This document shows positions 22,000 through 32,713 of a stretch of 64,000 nt of DNA, in pieces. The notes under the pieces were generated by a model. It was not told the origin of the DNA. It made no database searches and saw only the letters and a list, made by a program, of their open reading frames with translations. This stretch comes from an uncultured Haloferula sp. (GTDB lineage: Bacteria; Verrucomicrobiota; Verrucomicrobiia; Verrucomicrobiales; Akkermansiaceae). Each line of letters starts with the position of its first letter. Position 1 is the stretch's first letter. Location: positions 32,001 to 96,000 of the forward strand of contig CBFGTS010000002.1 of NCBI GenBank assembly GCA_965652295.1. Direction: 5' to 3'. The position numbers and the translations under genes were made by a program.

Positions 22000-24141
22000 T
22001 CAATGGCCTGCGAGATCTTTCACCGCATCGGCGGAGGGCAAGATGGTTTCCTCTCCGCCGGGTGCAACGAATTTGATTGCCTCCGACTGCGTTGCCTCAA
22101 TTTTCCGCTCGAAAGCGCGCAAGGGAAGGGCGGTGGCGGCCTGGATCGCCTCGGGCGGGGCCTCTCCCCCTAGGTAGAGGGTCCCGGCGTCGAACTCGGC
22201 GAGCAGGGCGGCGATGGTGTCCATGAAGATGACTGGCACCGTGTCGATGGGAGGGAGCGACTGCTGCCAGCGCCGCAGTCCCGGGGGCACCGGCTGGCCG
22301 GTTTTCACAAACGACTGGAGATTCTGGCGGACGATCCCCGCGGTGGACCAGCCGAAGATCATGGAACGATCCTCGAAGGGGAAGGGAATGATTGCGAAGC
22401 CCTCGCGGCTTTCGGAGAGCCGGTCGCCCTCCTGGCTGACGAAATTTTCCCCCAGAAGGGTCATCAGGTCGGTGGCCCAGCGGGTCCATTGATCGTCCAA
22501 GGTGATGGCGGCCAGGTCGAGTGACGCCCGCGCGGCAAGTGCGTAGGTGAAGGCGCGGCTGTCGCTCATCGGGTCGGGATTGGCCCCCGGGCGTTCGTTC
22601 AGGAAACGCGCCTGCCCGAAGGCGTCGCGGCAGTTCTCACCGAGCTTGAGCGCCTTGGTCTTCCAATTCTCGTCGCCCGTGGCGGTGAAGAGCGCGGCGT
22701 AGGCGCGGATCATGGAAAAGCTCGCGGTGGCGGAGGGGGTGGCATCCTTGGGCGGGAGCGGGTGCAGCGTGGCACGTGCCTTGAGCAGGCTCTTGCGACC
22801 GGCTTCGAGGTGCTTCTTCACGTCCTCGACCGGCATGCCCACCTCGGCGGCGACCTGCTCGGGCGTTTTCATCATGCGGAGCGAGTTTTGACGGAAGGTC
22901 CGTCTGGCCGGATCCGCCTCCGGAGGGAGGTTCCCGAGGGATTTGAAATCTGACATCGATTTCCAAACGGTGAATTGATCGGCATCAAGATTGAGCTCCA
23001 GATCATCGACGCGCCACAGGGCCTCGGTCGGGTCGCTGGGTGCCAGAACGCGCCGGATGGCGAAGAGTCCGTCTTCGGTGGCGAACATGTTTTCCGCGAA
23101 TTCCGCTGCGCGTGTCGCCACCTCCACGGCCCCGGGGACGTTGGCGAATTGGTGGAGATCGACCATTGCAATGACGGCTTCCGCCTGAGTGATGCAGTTC
23201 CGCGCCGGGATCGGGAAGTCCCAGGACGGACCGATGCGGCCGGAGTAAACGCCGCCGTCGAGGGGGTCGATCATGGCGCTCGCGAGCAGCTGGTCCGCCA
23301 TCGCGGAGGCCGCGGCGTCACATCGTTTCCGAAGACGGGGCGAGATGGTTTCCGATCGCGAGGCCCGGGCGAGAAGCGACATGGCCTCTGCCGGAAAAAG
23401 CCCGCCCAAGGTATCGAGCGACCCGCTGCTCTGGTCCCAGAGGCTGCTGATCTGCTGGACCGCCTCGATCAGCTTGGTCCGCCGTTCAGCCGCGGATTCA
23501 TACAGCGGCTCGGGTTTCGCCGGATGCTCGCGCCGCCGGTTGAGCTTCGCCAGGCTATCGGTCCGCACGTAATCAGGGGCATCCTTCCAGAGCCGCTTGA
23601 TCACCTCCAGAGCGTTCGAGACCTGGGCGAGAGTATCCTCATTGCTGCGGTAGTTCAGCACCTTCCATGTCACCGGCGCGCCGTCCGGCGAGAGAACCAC
23701 CATGAAAGGGAAACCGACCGACTCATTGACCTCCGAGGCCAGTGCGGCGCTCAGAAGCATGGTGTCCCGGCTGATCTCCCCGTCGATGAGGACCGGGATG
23801 AAATAGCGGTTGAAATCGGCGACGAGGGCGGGGGATGACTCGATGGCTGCGAGGGTTTCCGCGCTGCCGGGGAAGCGGGATGAGCCGACGAAGGCGACGA
23901 TGAGCCGGTGGGCCTTGTCAGCATCCTCCAGAAGGGACGGCTTCCACGTCTGCCAATGGATCGGGCTCTCCGCGTTGCCGGAAAGGAAGGTGGACGGAGT
24001 ACCATCGAGCTGGTTCGCCTTGAGGTGGGAGGCGATCACCGGCTCCGGCGTCTTGGAGTCGGCGGCGTCCTTCTTGTCGCTACAGGCGGTGAGGGCGAGG
24101 AGTGCGGCGGTGGCCGTTAGGGTGCGATGGAGGGTGGTCAT
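22000..24141 (-). CDS. Lipoprotein, YyaL/DUF255-like (thioredoxin-like + alpha/alpha barrel)
   Basis: Lipobox LALTAC; SPIHWQTW, FNRYFIPVLID, GFPFMVVLSPDGAP, MIDPLDGG. Confidence 0.7.
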   Translation of the reverse strand: MTTLHRTLTATAALLALTACSDKKDAADSKTPEPVIASHLKANQLDGTPSTFLSGNAESPIHWQTWKPSLLEDADKAHRLIVAFVGSSRFPGSAETLAAIESSPALVADFNRYFIPVLIDGEISRDTMLLSAALASEVNESVGFPFMVVLSPDGAPVTWKVLNYRSNEDTLAQVSNALEVIKRLWKDAPDYVRTDSLAKLNRRREHPAKPEPLYESAAERRTKLIEAVQQISSLWDQSSGSLDTLGGLFPAEAMSLLARASRSETISPRLRKRCDAAASAMADQLLASAMIDPLDGGVYSGRIGPSWDFPIPARNCITQAEAVIAMVDLHQFANVPGAVEVATRAAEFAENMFATEDGLFAIRRVLAPSDPTEALWRVDDLELNLDADQFTVWKSMSDFKSLGNLPPEADPARRTFRQNSLRMMKTPEQVAAEVGMPVEDVKKHLEAGRKSLLKARATLHPLPPKDATPSATASFSMIRAYAALFTATGDENWKTKALKLGENCRDAFGQARFLNERPGANPDPMSDSRAFTYALAARASLDLAAITLDDQWTRWATDLMTLLGENFVSQEGDRLSESREGFAIIPFPFEDRSMIFGWSTAGIVRQNLQSFVKTGQPVPPGLRRWQQSLPPIDTVPVIFMDTIAALLAEFDAGTLYLGGEAPPEAIQAATALPLRAFERKIEATQSEAIKFVAPGGEETILPSADAVKDLAGH

Positions 24142-24249
24142 GAATGGAGGAGATTGCTCTCGGATGAAGACGCCGCCGACTTCGCAGAAAAGTCTTTCGC
24201 CCCTACAAGCGCGAGCTAGGCTCGGCCGCGGCTTCGGAAGGATAGCAGC

Positions 24250-25035
24250 GTGATCAGTATTGCAATATCAAGTCAGAAGGGCGGCGTCGGGAAAACCACC
24301 ATGTCGATCAACCTCGCCCACTCGTTCGCGCGGGCGGGCTACCGCACCTTGCTGGTGGACGCTGACCCCCAGGGCTCTGTGGGTCTTTCCCTGACCCGTC
24401 AATCGCGGCTCCTGTCGGGGTTCTACGACTATTTGTCCGACCCCGGCATCGCTCTCGAACGTGTCATCGTGCCGACGCGGATGGAGACTTTCAGCCTGGT
24501 GACCGCCGGCCAGGGGGGCGACTATGAAATCGGCGGAACGCCGACCGGGGTCCACCTTTCCCGGGTGAGGAGCTTTCTGCGGGCGATGGAGGCCCGGGGG
24601 TTCGACCTTTGCCTGATCGATACACCGGCGGGGCTTTTCGGGCTGACGGCCGACGTGATCTGCTCGAGCCACGGGGTGCTGATCCCGCAGCAGGCCGAGC
24701 CACTGGGAATCCGCTCGTTGCCGAAGATGCTGGAGGGGCTCAATCGCCTGCGGGTGATCCACCCGGGGCTGAAAGTCATCGGAGTGGGTCTCACGATGGT
24801 CCAGAAGGACATGGAGGAGAGCCGGGATTCGGTGGAGGCCTTGAAGAGCCTGCTACCCCCAGCGCTGGTGCTGCGGACGCTCGTTCCGCGCGATCCCCTG
24901 TTCATCAAAGCCAGCGCTCGCGGCCTGCCGGTCGGCGTGATGGAGGACGGGGTGGGGGCTTTGGCCGTGTTTGACTCGCTGCGCGTCGAAGTGGAGGCAA
25001 AACTCAACTTGCAGGCACCGGCATCCCGGGCTTGA
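24250..25035 (+). CDS. ParA/Soj-family ATPase (orphan)
   Basis: SQKGGVGKTT, LLVDADPQGS, LIDTPAG, LIPQQAE. Confidence 0.9.
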   Translation: MISIAISSQKGGVGKTTMSINLAHSFARAGYRTLLVDADPQGSVGLSLTRQSRLLSGFYDYLSDPGIALERVIVPTRMETFSLVTAGQGGDYEIGGTPTGVHLSRVRSFLRAMEARGFDLCLIDTPAGLFGLTADVICSSHGVLIPQQAEPLGIRSLPKMLEGLNRLRVIHPGLKVIGVGLTMVQKDMEESRDSVEALKSLLPPALVLRTLVPRDPLFIKASARGLPVGVMEDGVGALAVFDSLRVEVEAKLNLQAPASRA

Positions 25036-25042
25036 GCATGGC

Positions 25043-25729
25043 ATGGATCCGGTAGTTTCATGGATGGATGTGGAAGCGGTGCGTCAGATGGCGCAGCAAC
25101 TCGTTTCCCCTTCCCAGTCCGCCGAGGTGGGGCCGGCGGAGGATGCCGGGTTCAGCGATACTTTCGTCGGCTACGTGATTCCGAACCAGCCGTTGACCCC
25201 GCCGCAGCCTGAAACGGAAAGCCGGCCGCCGCCGCTCCCCGAGCGGGTCTTGGAAGAGCGTGCACCGGAGCCTGCCGAGGAGCCTCCGCCGAAGCCATTC
25301 CCCGCAGCGGCGATCGCAGGTGCCGTGTCCGCCACGCCCCATCCGCAAATCGATCCTACGCCACCGGTGCCGGAGGCGGGAACCCTGGTTCGGAGGATGG
25401 AGAGCTTCCGCGAGTGGCTGACGGCGAACTTCAAGGCGCGGGGAGCTTTCGTGCTGGATCGCGACGGCAATCCGGTGATCGACGATGCGGCCTTCGCGAA
25501 GCTTCATTTCCTCGCCCGTAGTCTCGCGCAAGCCTACCGGCCGGTGAAGGGCGAGGCCGGCAATGTGCACGTGAAAGTCGGCTCCGATGCCTTCCTTTCC
25601 GTCGTCCCCGTGGACACCGCCTTCGGCCGTCTTGTCCTCGGAGCGGTGTTGCCGACTCCGCTCGACGCCCCGGCGGTCAGAGCCGTGGCCGCGGCGCTGG
25701 AGCAGGTGGCCAGACCCGTCCGGCACTAG
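25043..25729 (+). CDS. Hypothetical protein: Pro-rich linker + Roadblock/MglB-like C-terminal domain
   Basis: ATG 7 nt after the ParA stop; GAFVLDRDGNPV, then a helix and three short strands. Confidence 0.55.
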   Translation: MDPVVSWMDVEAVRQMAQQLVSPSQSAEVGPAEDAGFSDTFVGYVIPNQPLTPPQPETESRPPPLPERVLEERAPEPAEEPPPKPFPAAAIAGAVSATPHPQIDPTPPVPEAGTLVRRMESFREWLTANFKARGAFVLDRDGNPVIDDAAFAKLHFLARSLAQAYRPVKGEAGNVHVKVGSDAFLSVVPVDTAFGRLVLGAVLPTPLDAPAVRAVAAALEQVARPVRH

Positions 25730-25733
25730 GTCT

Positions 25734-28700
25734 CTAACTCGTCCGCCGGTTCTGGAGAATCAGAGCCAGCGTGGCCAAGCCGCACGCCGTATTGATCGTC
25801 ACGAAAAGCACCAGCGCGGAAAACTGGATGGTCGATACCGGCTGGCCGAACCAGGGTTTTTTGTCGGCGAGGAAGATGTTGCCGTCGCGTCCCAGGTCGG
25901 CGTTGCGGTAGTCCATGCGGAAAGCCCGCGCCTCTTCGATCATGAGTTCGATGCGCTTGTTGACGAAGAAGTCGGACAAGGGCCGCGCCTGCGGAGAATC
26001 CGGGCGGAGGGGAAAGGATTCCAGTTCCAACCGTGTGCCGCCCCGGGCGATGTCGGTCAACGCGCTGGCCTTCTCTCGGGCATCGGAAGGGCTCAGGGCA
26101 TCGGCGCCGACCAATGACTGCAGCGCGTCCTTCATGATGTCGAACCGCTCCGCCACGCCAGGTTCGAGAGGAGGGGGCATCTCCTTGATGGTGTCGACCC
26201 GGCGCTGGATGCGGATCCGTTCGAGGTCGAAAGGGTTCCGGGTGGCCTGGGTGACGACCATGCCCTCATAGGCAAAGCGCAGCGGGACCAACCGGGCCGG
26301 CACCGGAATGCCACCGCGCTCGCGTTCGATCTTCGCGTCCTCGAAAAGCCCGCGGTTCATCTCACGAAAGGGCACGAGAGCACCGGCGAGGAGCATTTGA
26401 GGCACCAGAAGCAGAGGCACCGCAGTGAGCGCCCCGCGTTCGGTTTTTGCGACGGCAGAAACCAGCAGCGCCAGCGCCGTTCCGGTGCAGGCGGTCAAGG
26501 TCATCCACTGCCACTGGTCGAGCAAGGTGCCGTGGATTTCCAGGATCCGGTGGCCGAGGAAGGTGTAGATGAAACACTGGACCGCTGCCACCAGCGAGAG
26601 CGCGGCAAACTTGGCGAAAACGTAGAGCACCATACTCCGGCGGGTATTCCGCTCGCGACGCAGGACCGGGCGGTCGCGCAGGATCTCCGTGGCGGAATTC
26701 GTCAGCCCGAGGAACATGGCGACGGTGGCGGACAGAAACAGGTAGGCGGGGATGTGCAGTGCCGTCTTGAACTCGTAGGCACCACCGGGCGAGGAGCGCA
26801 GGGTCACGGCGATGAGTGCCGCGAGCAGCGGTGACTCGATCAGCGTGGCGTAGAGCGTGCCGCGGTTGCGGAGCTTCGACCAGATCGCTCGGTGGAACTG
26901 GGTGCGGAACACTCTCAGGTTCGCCCGCAGGGAGCCGCCGCTGCGGCGGAAGGTGGTGGCACCCCTGCCGGTCAGGTCCGGCAGGGTCTCGATCCGCGAA
27001 GGCGGCGCTCCCTTGGACCCGAGCGAATGAATGAGCACCCGGCTTTCGTAGCGCTCCTGCCAGAAGTTCGGAGGAAAGCGGCGCGTCGCGGAAGGGTTCT
27101 GACCACCGCCGATCTGGGCGAGCGGGGTTTCCAGCACATCGAATACGAAGTCTGCGCCGAGCGGCACCTTGGCCTGGATCGAGGGGTGGGGGATGCCCAG
27201 TTCCTCGCAGGCTTCGCGGAAATACTCGATCATTCCCGAAGGCGAACCGAAGTAGGCGAGTCGCCCGCCGGTATCCAGTAGCAGCACCTTGTCGCACAAC
27301 CGTAGTACGTTGGCCCCCGGCCGGTGAAGCGAGGCGATGACGATCTTGTCCCGGGCGAGCGATCGCAGCGTTTCCGCGACATGTTCGCTGTCCTTGGAGG
27401 AAAGCCCGGAAATCGGTTCGTCGAAAAGGAACAGCTCCGCCGCGCTGCCGAGATCGAGCCCGAGGTTCAAGCGGCTGCGTTCCCCGCCGCTGAGGGTTTT
27501 TTCGCCCGGAGCACCGACCCGGCGGCGGGCCAGGGCCTGGAGGCCGAGTTCGGCCAGGATGCCATCGGCCCGCCGGTCGATCTCGCTCGCAGGCAGCGAG
27601 GCGCGCCGGATCGCCGTGGCGTGGCGAAGGTGCTCCCGCACCGTGAGCTGGGGATTGAGGGCCTCCTCCTGAGGCATGTGCGCGATGAAGGGCAGCAGCT
27701 TTTCCCGGTAATCGTAGAGCGAGGTGTCGTTGAGCAGCACCCGTCCGCGCGTCGGCTTGCGGTGCCCCGCCAGAATGCTCATCAGGGTGCTCTTGCCACT
27801 GCCGGAGGGGCCGATGATCGACATCACCTCGCCGCGCCGGACTTCGAAGGAAAGGTTGTCGAGCGCGCGGCTTTCCCGGGAGAAATGGTGCAGCAGGTCT
27901 TCAACGCGCAGCACTTCGATGAGGTTCCGTTCCTCGTCGATGATGCCCTCGCGGAACCGGCAACGCAGCGCCTGCGTGCGGGAAAGCCGGATGACCGAGC
28001 CCTCGTGGAGTTCCGCCGACGCGCGCACCGGCACTCCGTCCGCGAGCACCGGCCCGGCCGCCTCGCGCACGAATACGTCGCCGCGCTGGCGTTCGGGATC
28101 GAAGCGGACCCTCAGCACCACCCGCGGGGCGAGGCCGGGACTGAGCAGGAGGTCGCCGCGTTCGATCACTGACGGATCATTGGAGATGCGGAAATCCCGT
28201 TGGTCCGCATTCAGCCGGAAACGCCCGCCCGCTTCCGCCGCACGACGTCGCAGCAGGTCCAGCGAGGCTGAAAATCCATGATCGCCACTGATTCGCTCGT
28301 GGTGCGCGCAAACCAAGGGGTGTTCCGGAACCAATGGACCCCTGCCCACCACGACCGCTGATGTCCGCTTGAGCGCCTCGACCTCGGCCGAGAGTCCGAA
28401 GCGGATCCGGATCATACTTTGCCGGCTGCGCGAGCGCTCGCTGATCCAGCCTTCTTCGGTGGAGGCCAGGAAAATGGTCGATTGGTTTCCGGTGAGGGCG
28501 ACGTTGAGGAAAAACACCAGATCCTCGCAGGTCAGCGTCCACCCCGGGACGACCAATTGCTGGCGCGGCCGCATGCGCAGGAAATTGCCGGCCTCAAGGG
28601 ACCTGCCGCGGACCCATAGCGGCGCATCGCCGGTGTTCCGCACCAATACCAGATCCGCCACCCGGTAGACGCGGAAAGCGTGTTCCGCCGCCTCCGCCGG

Positions 28701-29231
28701 GAGTTCCACATCCGCCTCGCCCGCCCGCCCGAAAACCACACGCTCGAACGCAGCCGGGTGATGCATCGCCAGTCCGCCCATTTCCTCCAGGATCTGGCGT
28801 GCGTGGTCCGGCCGGCCCAACCGCCGCATGAAGATCTCGAAGGCCGCGCGGCTCCGTTCGGTGCGGCCGACCGCATCGACCAGCGTGTAGAGCTGCAAAC
28901 CCACCGCCATCTTCTCCGGGTCGGTGAGAAACTCCCGCAACTCCGCGGCGATATTCGGCAGGGGGCGCGGCTCGCGCACCGCCCGGCGAACCCTCCGCGC
29001 CAGCCACGAGTGGTCCGCCTCAGGGAAGGCGCTTCGCAGCAGGTCGAGGATCAACTCGGCTTCGCCCGGATCGAGCTTGCCATCCAAGGTGGCGAAGCCG
29101 GCGAAGGCATCCACCATCAAACCGAGCACCCGCCCGCTCGCGGAGCCCTGGGAGCGGCGGCCGAACCGCCGCTTCACCGCTCTGGGCGGAACGGGGAGAT
29201 CGGTGGACTCATCATCGGGCCGGTCGGGCAT
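25734..29231 (-). CDS. ABCG-type transporter (NBD + ABC-2 membrane domain) with N-terminal TerB-like and FHA-like regions
   Basis: GPSGSGKST, LSGGE, LFLFDEP, SLHRP and six hydrophobic segments; N-terminal FATLDGKLDPGEAELI; start placed at MPDRPDD. Confidence 0.85.
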   Translation of the reverse strand: MPDRPDDESTDLPVPPRAVKRRFGRRSQGSASGRVLGLMVDAFAGFATLDGKLDPGEAELILDLLRSAFPEADHSWLARRVRRAVREPRPLPNIAAELREFLTDPEKMAVGLQLYTLVDAVGRTERSRAAFEIFMRRLGRPDHARQILEEMGGLAMHHPAAFERVVFGRAGEADVELPAEAAEHAFRVYRVADLVLVRNTGDAPLWVRGRSLEAGNFLRMRPRQQLVVPGWTLTCEDLVFFLNVALTGNQSTIFLASTEEGWISERSRSRQSMIRIRFGLSAEVEALKRTSAVVVGRGPLVPEHPLVCAHHERISGDHGFSASLDLLRRRAAEAGGRFRLNADQRDFRISNDPSVIERGDLLLSPGLAPRVVLRVRFDPERQRGDVFVREAAGPVLADGVPVRASAELHEGSVIRLSRTQALRCRFREGIIDEERNLIEVLRVEDLLHHFSRESRALDNLSFEVRRGEVMSIIGPSGSGKSTLMSILAGHRKPTRGRVLLNDTSLYDYREKLLPFIAHMPQEEALNPQLTVREHLRHATAIRRASLPASEIDRRADGILAELGLQALARRRVGAPGEKTLSGGERSRLNLGLDLGSAAELFLFDEPISGLSSKDSEHVAETLRSLARDKIVIASLHRPGANVLRLCDKVLLLDTGGRLAYFGSPSGMIEYFREACEELGIPHPSIQAKVPLGADFVFDVLETPLAQIGGGQNPSATRRFPPNFWQERYESRVLIHSLGSKGAPPSRIETLPDLTGRGATTFRRSGGSLRANLRVFRTQFHRAIWSKLRNRGTLYATLIESPLLAALIAVTLRSSPGGAYEFKTALHIPAYLFLSATVAMFLGLTNSATEILRDRPVLRRERNTRRSMVLYVFAKFAALSLVAAVQCFIYTFLGHRILEIHGTLLDQWQWMTLTACTGTALALLVSAVAKTERGALTAVPLLLVPQMLLAGALVPFREMNRGLFEDAKIERERGGIPVPARLVPLRFAYEGMVVTQATRNPFDLERIRIQRRVDTIKEMPPPLEPGVAERFDIMKDALQSLVGADALSPSDAREKASALTDIARGGTRLELESFPLRPDSPQARPLSDFFVNKRIELMIEEARAFRMDYRNADLGRDGNIFLADKKPWFGQPVSTIQFSALVLFVTINTACGLATLALILQNRRTS

Positions 29232-29454
29232 TGGTGGGATGCTTGGGGAACACGGCCCGCGCGGCAAGAACCGCCGCCGGAAAAGAAGCCGCTTCACGCA
29301 GGAAACCGGCCCGGGAAATCCATGCGGGAATCCGCGGAAAAATGGAGTTTTCTTTTAGGCAAGCCGCACTAGTCTCCGTCGCCTTTGCCGGGGTGGCTAC
29401 CTCGTGCTAGGCTCCACCCATGCGGTGCACCGATTGCTCCGCTCCTGAACCACC

Positions 29455-31800
29455 ATGTCCGATCCATCTCAGAACCGAAATCCCCAGGGTCCCGGCCCCC
29501 GCGGCCCGAACAATGTCCCGGGATTCAACTGGCGTCTCGCGATCTTTCTCGGCCTCGCCCTGCTGGCCCTTGGCATCGCGTTTTTCTCCAACGATGTCGC
29601 AAGCAAGCCGAGCCAACTCAGCTTCAACGAATTCCACAAGAAGTGGGATCAGGGACTCATCATCACCGACGATGCCCAGAAGCGCCTCACCATTGAGACC
29701 GCCGACGGCAGCGCCAATGCCCGCGTGCTCGGCTGGTACCGCGATGAGCCGGATCTGGAGAAAATCGAGACCAAGATCGAGTCGTTCCAGATCTCCTTCG
29801 GTCGCCGTACCGCGCAAGAGCAACAGGTGATTGAGGCGCTCGGCGAGCATCTGCCGCAGCGCCAGCACGTGGAGGATCTCCCGGCTTCGATCTCCACCGA
29901 GGAAATCTACACGCTCTCCGATTTCCGCGGAGCCATGGCAAACGGCTACGTCATCACCGACGACCCGAACCGCCCGCTGACCCTGCATTCGACCGACTAC
30001 GACGCCGTCCTCACCGGCTTCTCGCGCGTCCCGGCCGGCTCGCTGCCCGCCCCGAAGCCGGAAGAGCTGCACCGCTTCGTCGTCCAGACCTCGCTCATGG
30101 TCCAGTCGGACGAAATCAGCCGCCTGCTCGCCACCACCGATGCGAAGTACGTCAACGACGCCGGCATGTTCGGTCGCATCGTCCTGACCTTCCTTCCGGT
30201 GCTGCTGATCATCCTGCTGCTGTTTTTCCTCTTCCGTCAGCAAATGAAAGCGGCCGGCCGCGGTGCCATGTCCTTCGGGAAATCGAAGGCCCGGCTGCTG
30301 ACGCGCGATCACAACAAGGTCACCTTCAAGGACGTCGCCGGCATTCAGGAAGCGAAGGAAGAACTCTGGGAGATCGTCGATTTCCTCCGCGATCCCCGCA
30401 AGTTCCAGAAGCTCGGCGGCTCGATCCCCAAGGGCGTGCTGATGGTCGGCGCACCCGGCACCGGCAAAACCCTCCTCGCCCGCGCCATCGCTGGTGAGGC
30501 GGACGTTCCGTTCTTCTCCATCTCCGGTTCCGACTTCGTGGAAATGTTCGTCGGCGTCGGTGCCTCACGCGTCCGCGACATGTTCGAGCAAGGCAAGAAG
30601 CACGCGCCCTGCCTGATCTTCATCGATGAGATCGACGCCGTCGGCCGCCACCGCGGTCACGGCCTCGGCGGCGGACACGATGAGCGCGAGCAGACGCTCA
30701 ACCAGCTTCTCGTCGAGATGGATGGTTTCGACACCCAGGAGGGGATCATCATCATCGCCGCGACCAACCGGCCCGACGTGCTCGACCCCGCCCTGCTGCG
30801 CCCCGGCCGTTTCGACCGCCAGGTCACCGTTTCCCTGCCCGATGTGAAGGGCCGCGAGCAGATTCTCGGCGTCCATGCCAAGAAGATCAAACTCTCGCCT
30901 GCCACCGACCTCGGCGTGATCGCCCGTGGCACGCCCGGTTTCTCCGGTGCCGAGCTGGCGAACCTGATCAACGAGGCCGCCCTGCTGGCCGCCCGCAAGG
31001 GGCTCAACGCCGTCACCCTCGCCGAGCTTGAGGAAGCGCGCGACAAGGTCCGTTGGGGCCGCGAACGCCGCAGCATGGCGCTCAGTGAAAAGGAGAAGAC
31101 GACCACCGCTTACCACGAGGCGGGTCATGCGCTGCTGCTGGCCACGTTGGAGCATGTCGATCCGCTCCACAAGGTCACCATCATCCCGCGGGGACCGTAC
31201 CTCGGTGCCGCCTTCCACCTCCCGAAGGAAGACAAGTATCACTTCCACAAACGCCAGGGGATCGAGCAACTCATCGTCACCATGGGTGGCCGCGTGGCCG
31301 AAGAGATCACTTTCGGCGACGTGACCAGCGGTGCCTCCGGCGACATCCGCCAGGCGACCCGCCTCGCCCGCCAGATGGTCTGCGAGTGGGGCATGAGTGA
31401 CGAACTCGGCATGGTCGAGTATGGCGAGCATGAAAGCGAGGTCTTCCTTGCCCGCGACATGACCCGCTCCCGTAACTACTCCGAGGCCACTGCCCAGAAG
31501 ATCGATGCGGAGATCCGCCGCGTCATCGACCGCGCCTACACCGAGGCCAAGCGCTTCCTGCTCGAGAAACGCGACAAGCTGGAACTCATCGCCCAGGCCT
31601 TGCTTGAGTATGAAACGCTCGACGCCCACCACATCTTCGACCTCCTGGAGTATGGTGAAATGAAGGATCCGCCGAACTCGCCGAAGCCGCCGTCGCTGCC
31701 GGACGAGCCGCCGAAGAAGAAGTCCGAGCCCCGCACCGGCACTCCTGAAGAGGACGATGATGGTCCGCTTCCCGGCACCGTCGCCGGTGCCCCGGCCTGA
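29455..31800 (+). CDS. ftsH: ATP-dependent zinc metalloprotease FtsH
   Basis: Two TM helices, [38 protein letters not shown]. Confidence 0.98.
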   Translation: MSDPSQNRNPQGPGPRGPNNVPGFNWRLAIFLGLALLALGIAFFSNDVASKPSQLSFNEFHKKWDQGLIITDDAQKRLTIETADGSANARVLGWYRDEPDLEKIETKIESFQISFGRRTAQEQQVIEALGEHLPQRQHVEDLPASISTEEIYTLSDFRGAMANGYVITDDPNRPLTLHSTDYDAVLTGFSRVPAGSLPAPKPEELHRFVVQTSLMVQSDEISRLLATTDAKYVNDAGMFGRIVLTFLPVLLIILLLFFLFRQQMKAAGRGAMSFGKSKARLLTRDHNKVTFKDVAGIQEAKEELWEIVDFLRDPRKFQKLGGSIPKGVLMVGAPGTGKTLLARAIAGEADVPFFSISGSDFVEMFVGVGASRVRDMFEQGKKHAPCLIFIDEIDAVGRHRGHGLGGGHDEREQTLNQLLVEMDGFDTQEGIIIIAATNRPDVLDPALLRPGRFDRQVTVSLPDVKGREQILGVHAKKIKLSPATDLGVIARGTPGFSGAELANLINEAALLAARKGLNAVTLAELEEARDKVRWGRERRSMALSEKEKTTTAYHEAGHALLLATLEHVDPLHKVTIIPRGPYLGAAFHLPKEDKYHFHKRQGIEQLIVTMGGRVAEEITFGDVTSGASGDIRQATRLARQMVCEWGMSDELGMVEYGEHESEVFLARDMTRSRNYSEATAQKIDAEIRRVIDRAYTEAKRFLLEKRDKLELIAQALLEYETLDAHHIFDLLEYGEMKDPPNSPKPPSLPDEPPKKKSEPRTGTPEEDDDGPLPGTVAGAPA

Positions 31801-31825
31801 TCGCTCCAAGATCCGGATTTGATTC

Positions 31826-31860
31826 ACCGCTCCGTCCCGCAAGGGCCGGAGCGGTTTTTT
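31826..31860 (+). terminator. Intrinsic terminator after ftsH
   Basis: ACCGCTCCG-tccc-GCAA-gggc-CGGAGCGGT followed by TTTTT. Confidence 0.9.
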
Positions 31861-31960
31861 GACCCGCTCCGGATCTCCGTGAAAGAAATTGCGGTTTCAG
31901 ATGCCTGGCTGATGGGATATGCCCGCGAGGCCGCGAACGTCGGCGATCTTTGCTTTCATC

Positions 31961-32713
31961 ATGACGTCATTGCCTCGATTCGCCGCGCTCGCCATCTTTC
32001 TGGGATCGGGATTCCTGACAGCCGGAGAACTCACGGTTTTCGCGGCAGCAAGCCTGACGAATGCCTTGGACGAGGTGGGGGAACGATACGAGGCGGAGTC
32101 CGGGGATGAGATCCGGTTCAACTTCGCAGGTTCCAACCAACTCGCGCGACAGATCGAGGCGGGGGCGCCGGCGGATGTGTTCGTTTCCGCGGACGAGATC
32201 CAGATGGATGCACTGGAAGCGAAGGGGCGGATCGTGAAGGCAACCCGGTGCGACCTGTTGGGGAATTCGCTGGTGGTGATCGTGGCTCCCGGAGGGCCGA
32301 AGATTTCGCGGCTTGAGGATCTGGCTGGCGCGGGGGTGCGACGACTTTCGCTGGGGCATCCGGAGGCGGTGCCGGCCGGGGTTTACGCGAAGGCTCATCT
32401 GGAAAAAACGGGGCTTTGGAAATCGGTGACGGCCAAGGTGGTTCCCGCCGAGAACGTACGCGCGGCGCTGGCTTTCGTGGAATCGGGCAATGCCGAGGCG
32501 GGGATCGTTTACAAGACGGATGCGGCGACCTCCGGCAAGGTCGAGGTGGTATGGGAAATCCCCACTGAGGAAGGACCGAGGATCCTCTATCCCGTGGCGC
32601 GGGTGGCCGATAGTCGACACGCCGCTGCGGCGGGCCGGTTTTTGACCTATCTGCGGGGGGACGTGGCGGCAGGGATCTTCATGAGGCACGGGTTCACCGT
32701 GCTGGAGAAATGA
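31961..32713 (+). CDS. modA: Molybdate ABC transporter substrate-binding protein
   Basis: VFAAASL, FAGSNQLARQIEAGAPADVF, VPAGVYA, ENVRAAL, GIVYKTD. Confidence 0.95.
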   Translation: MTSLPRFAALAIFLGSGFLTAGELTVFAAASLTNALDEVGERYEAESGDEIRFNFAGSNQLARQIEAGAPADVFVSADEIQMDALEAKGRIVKATRCDLLGNSLVVIVAPGGPKISRLEDLAGAGVRRLSLGHPEAVPAGVYAKAHLEKTGLWKSVTAKVVPAENVRAALAFVESGNAEAGIVYKTDAATSGKVEVVWEIPTEEGPRILYPVARVADSRHAAAAGRFLTYLRGDVAAGIFMRHGFTVLEK

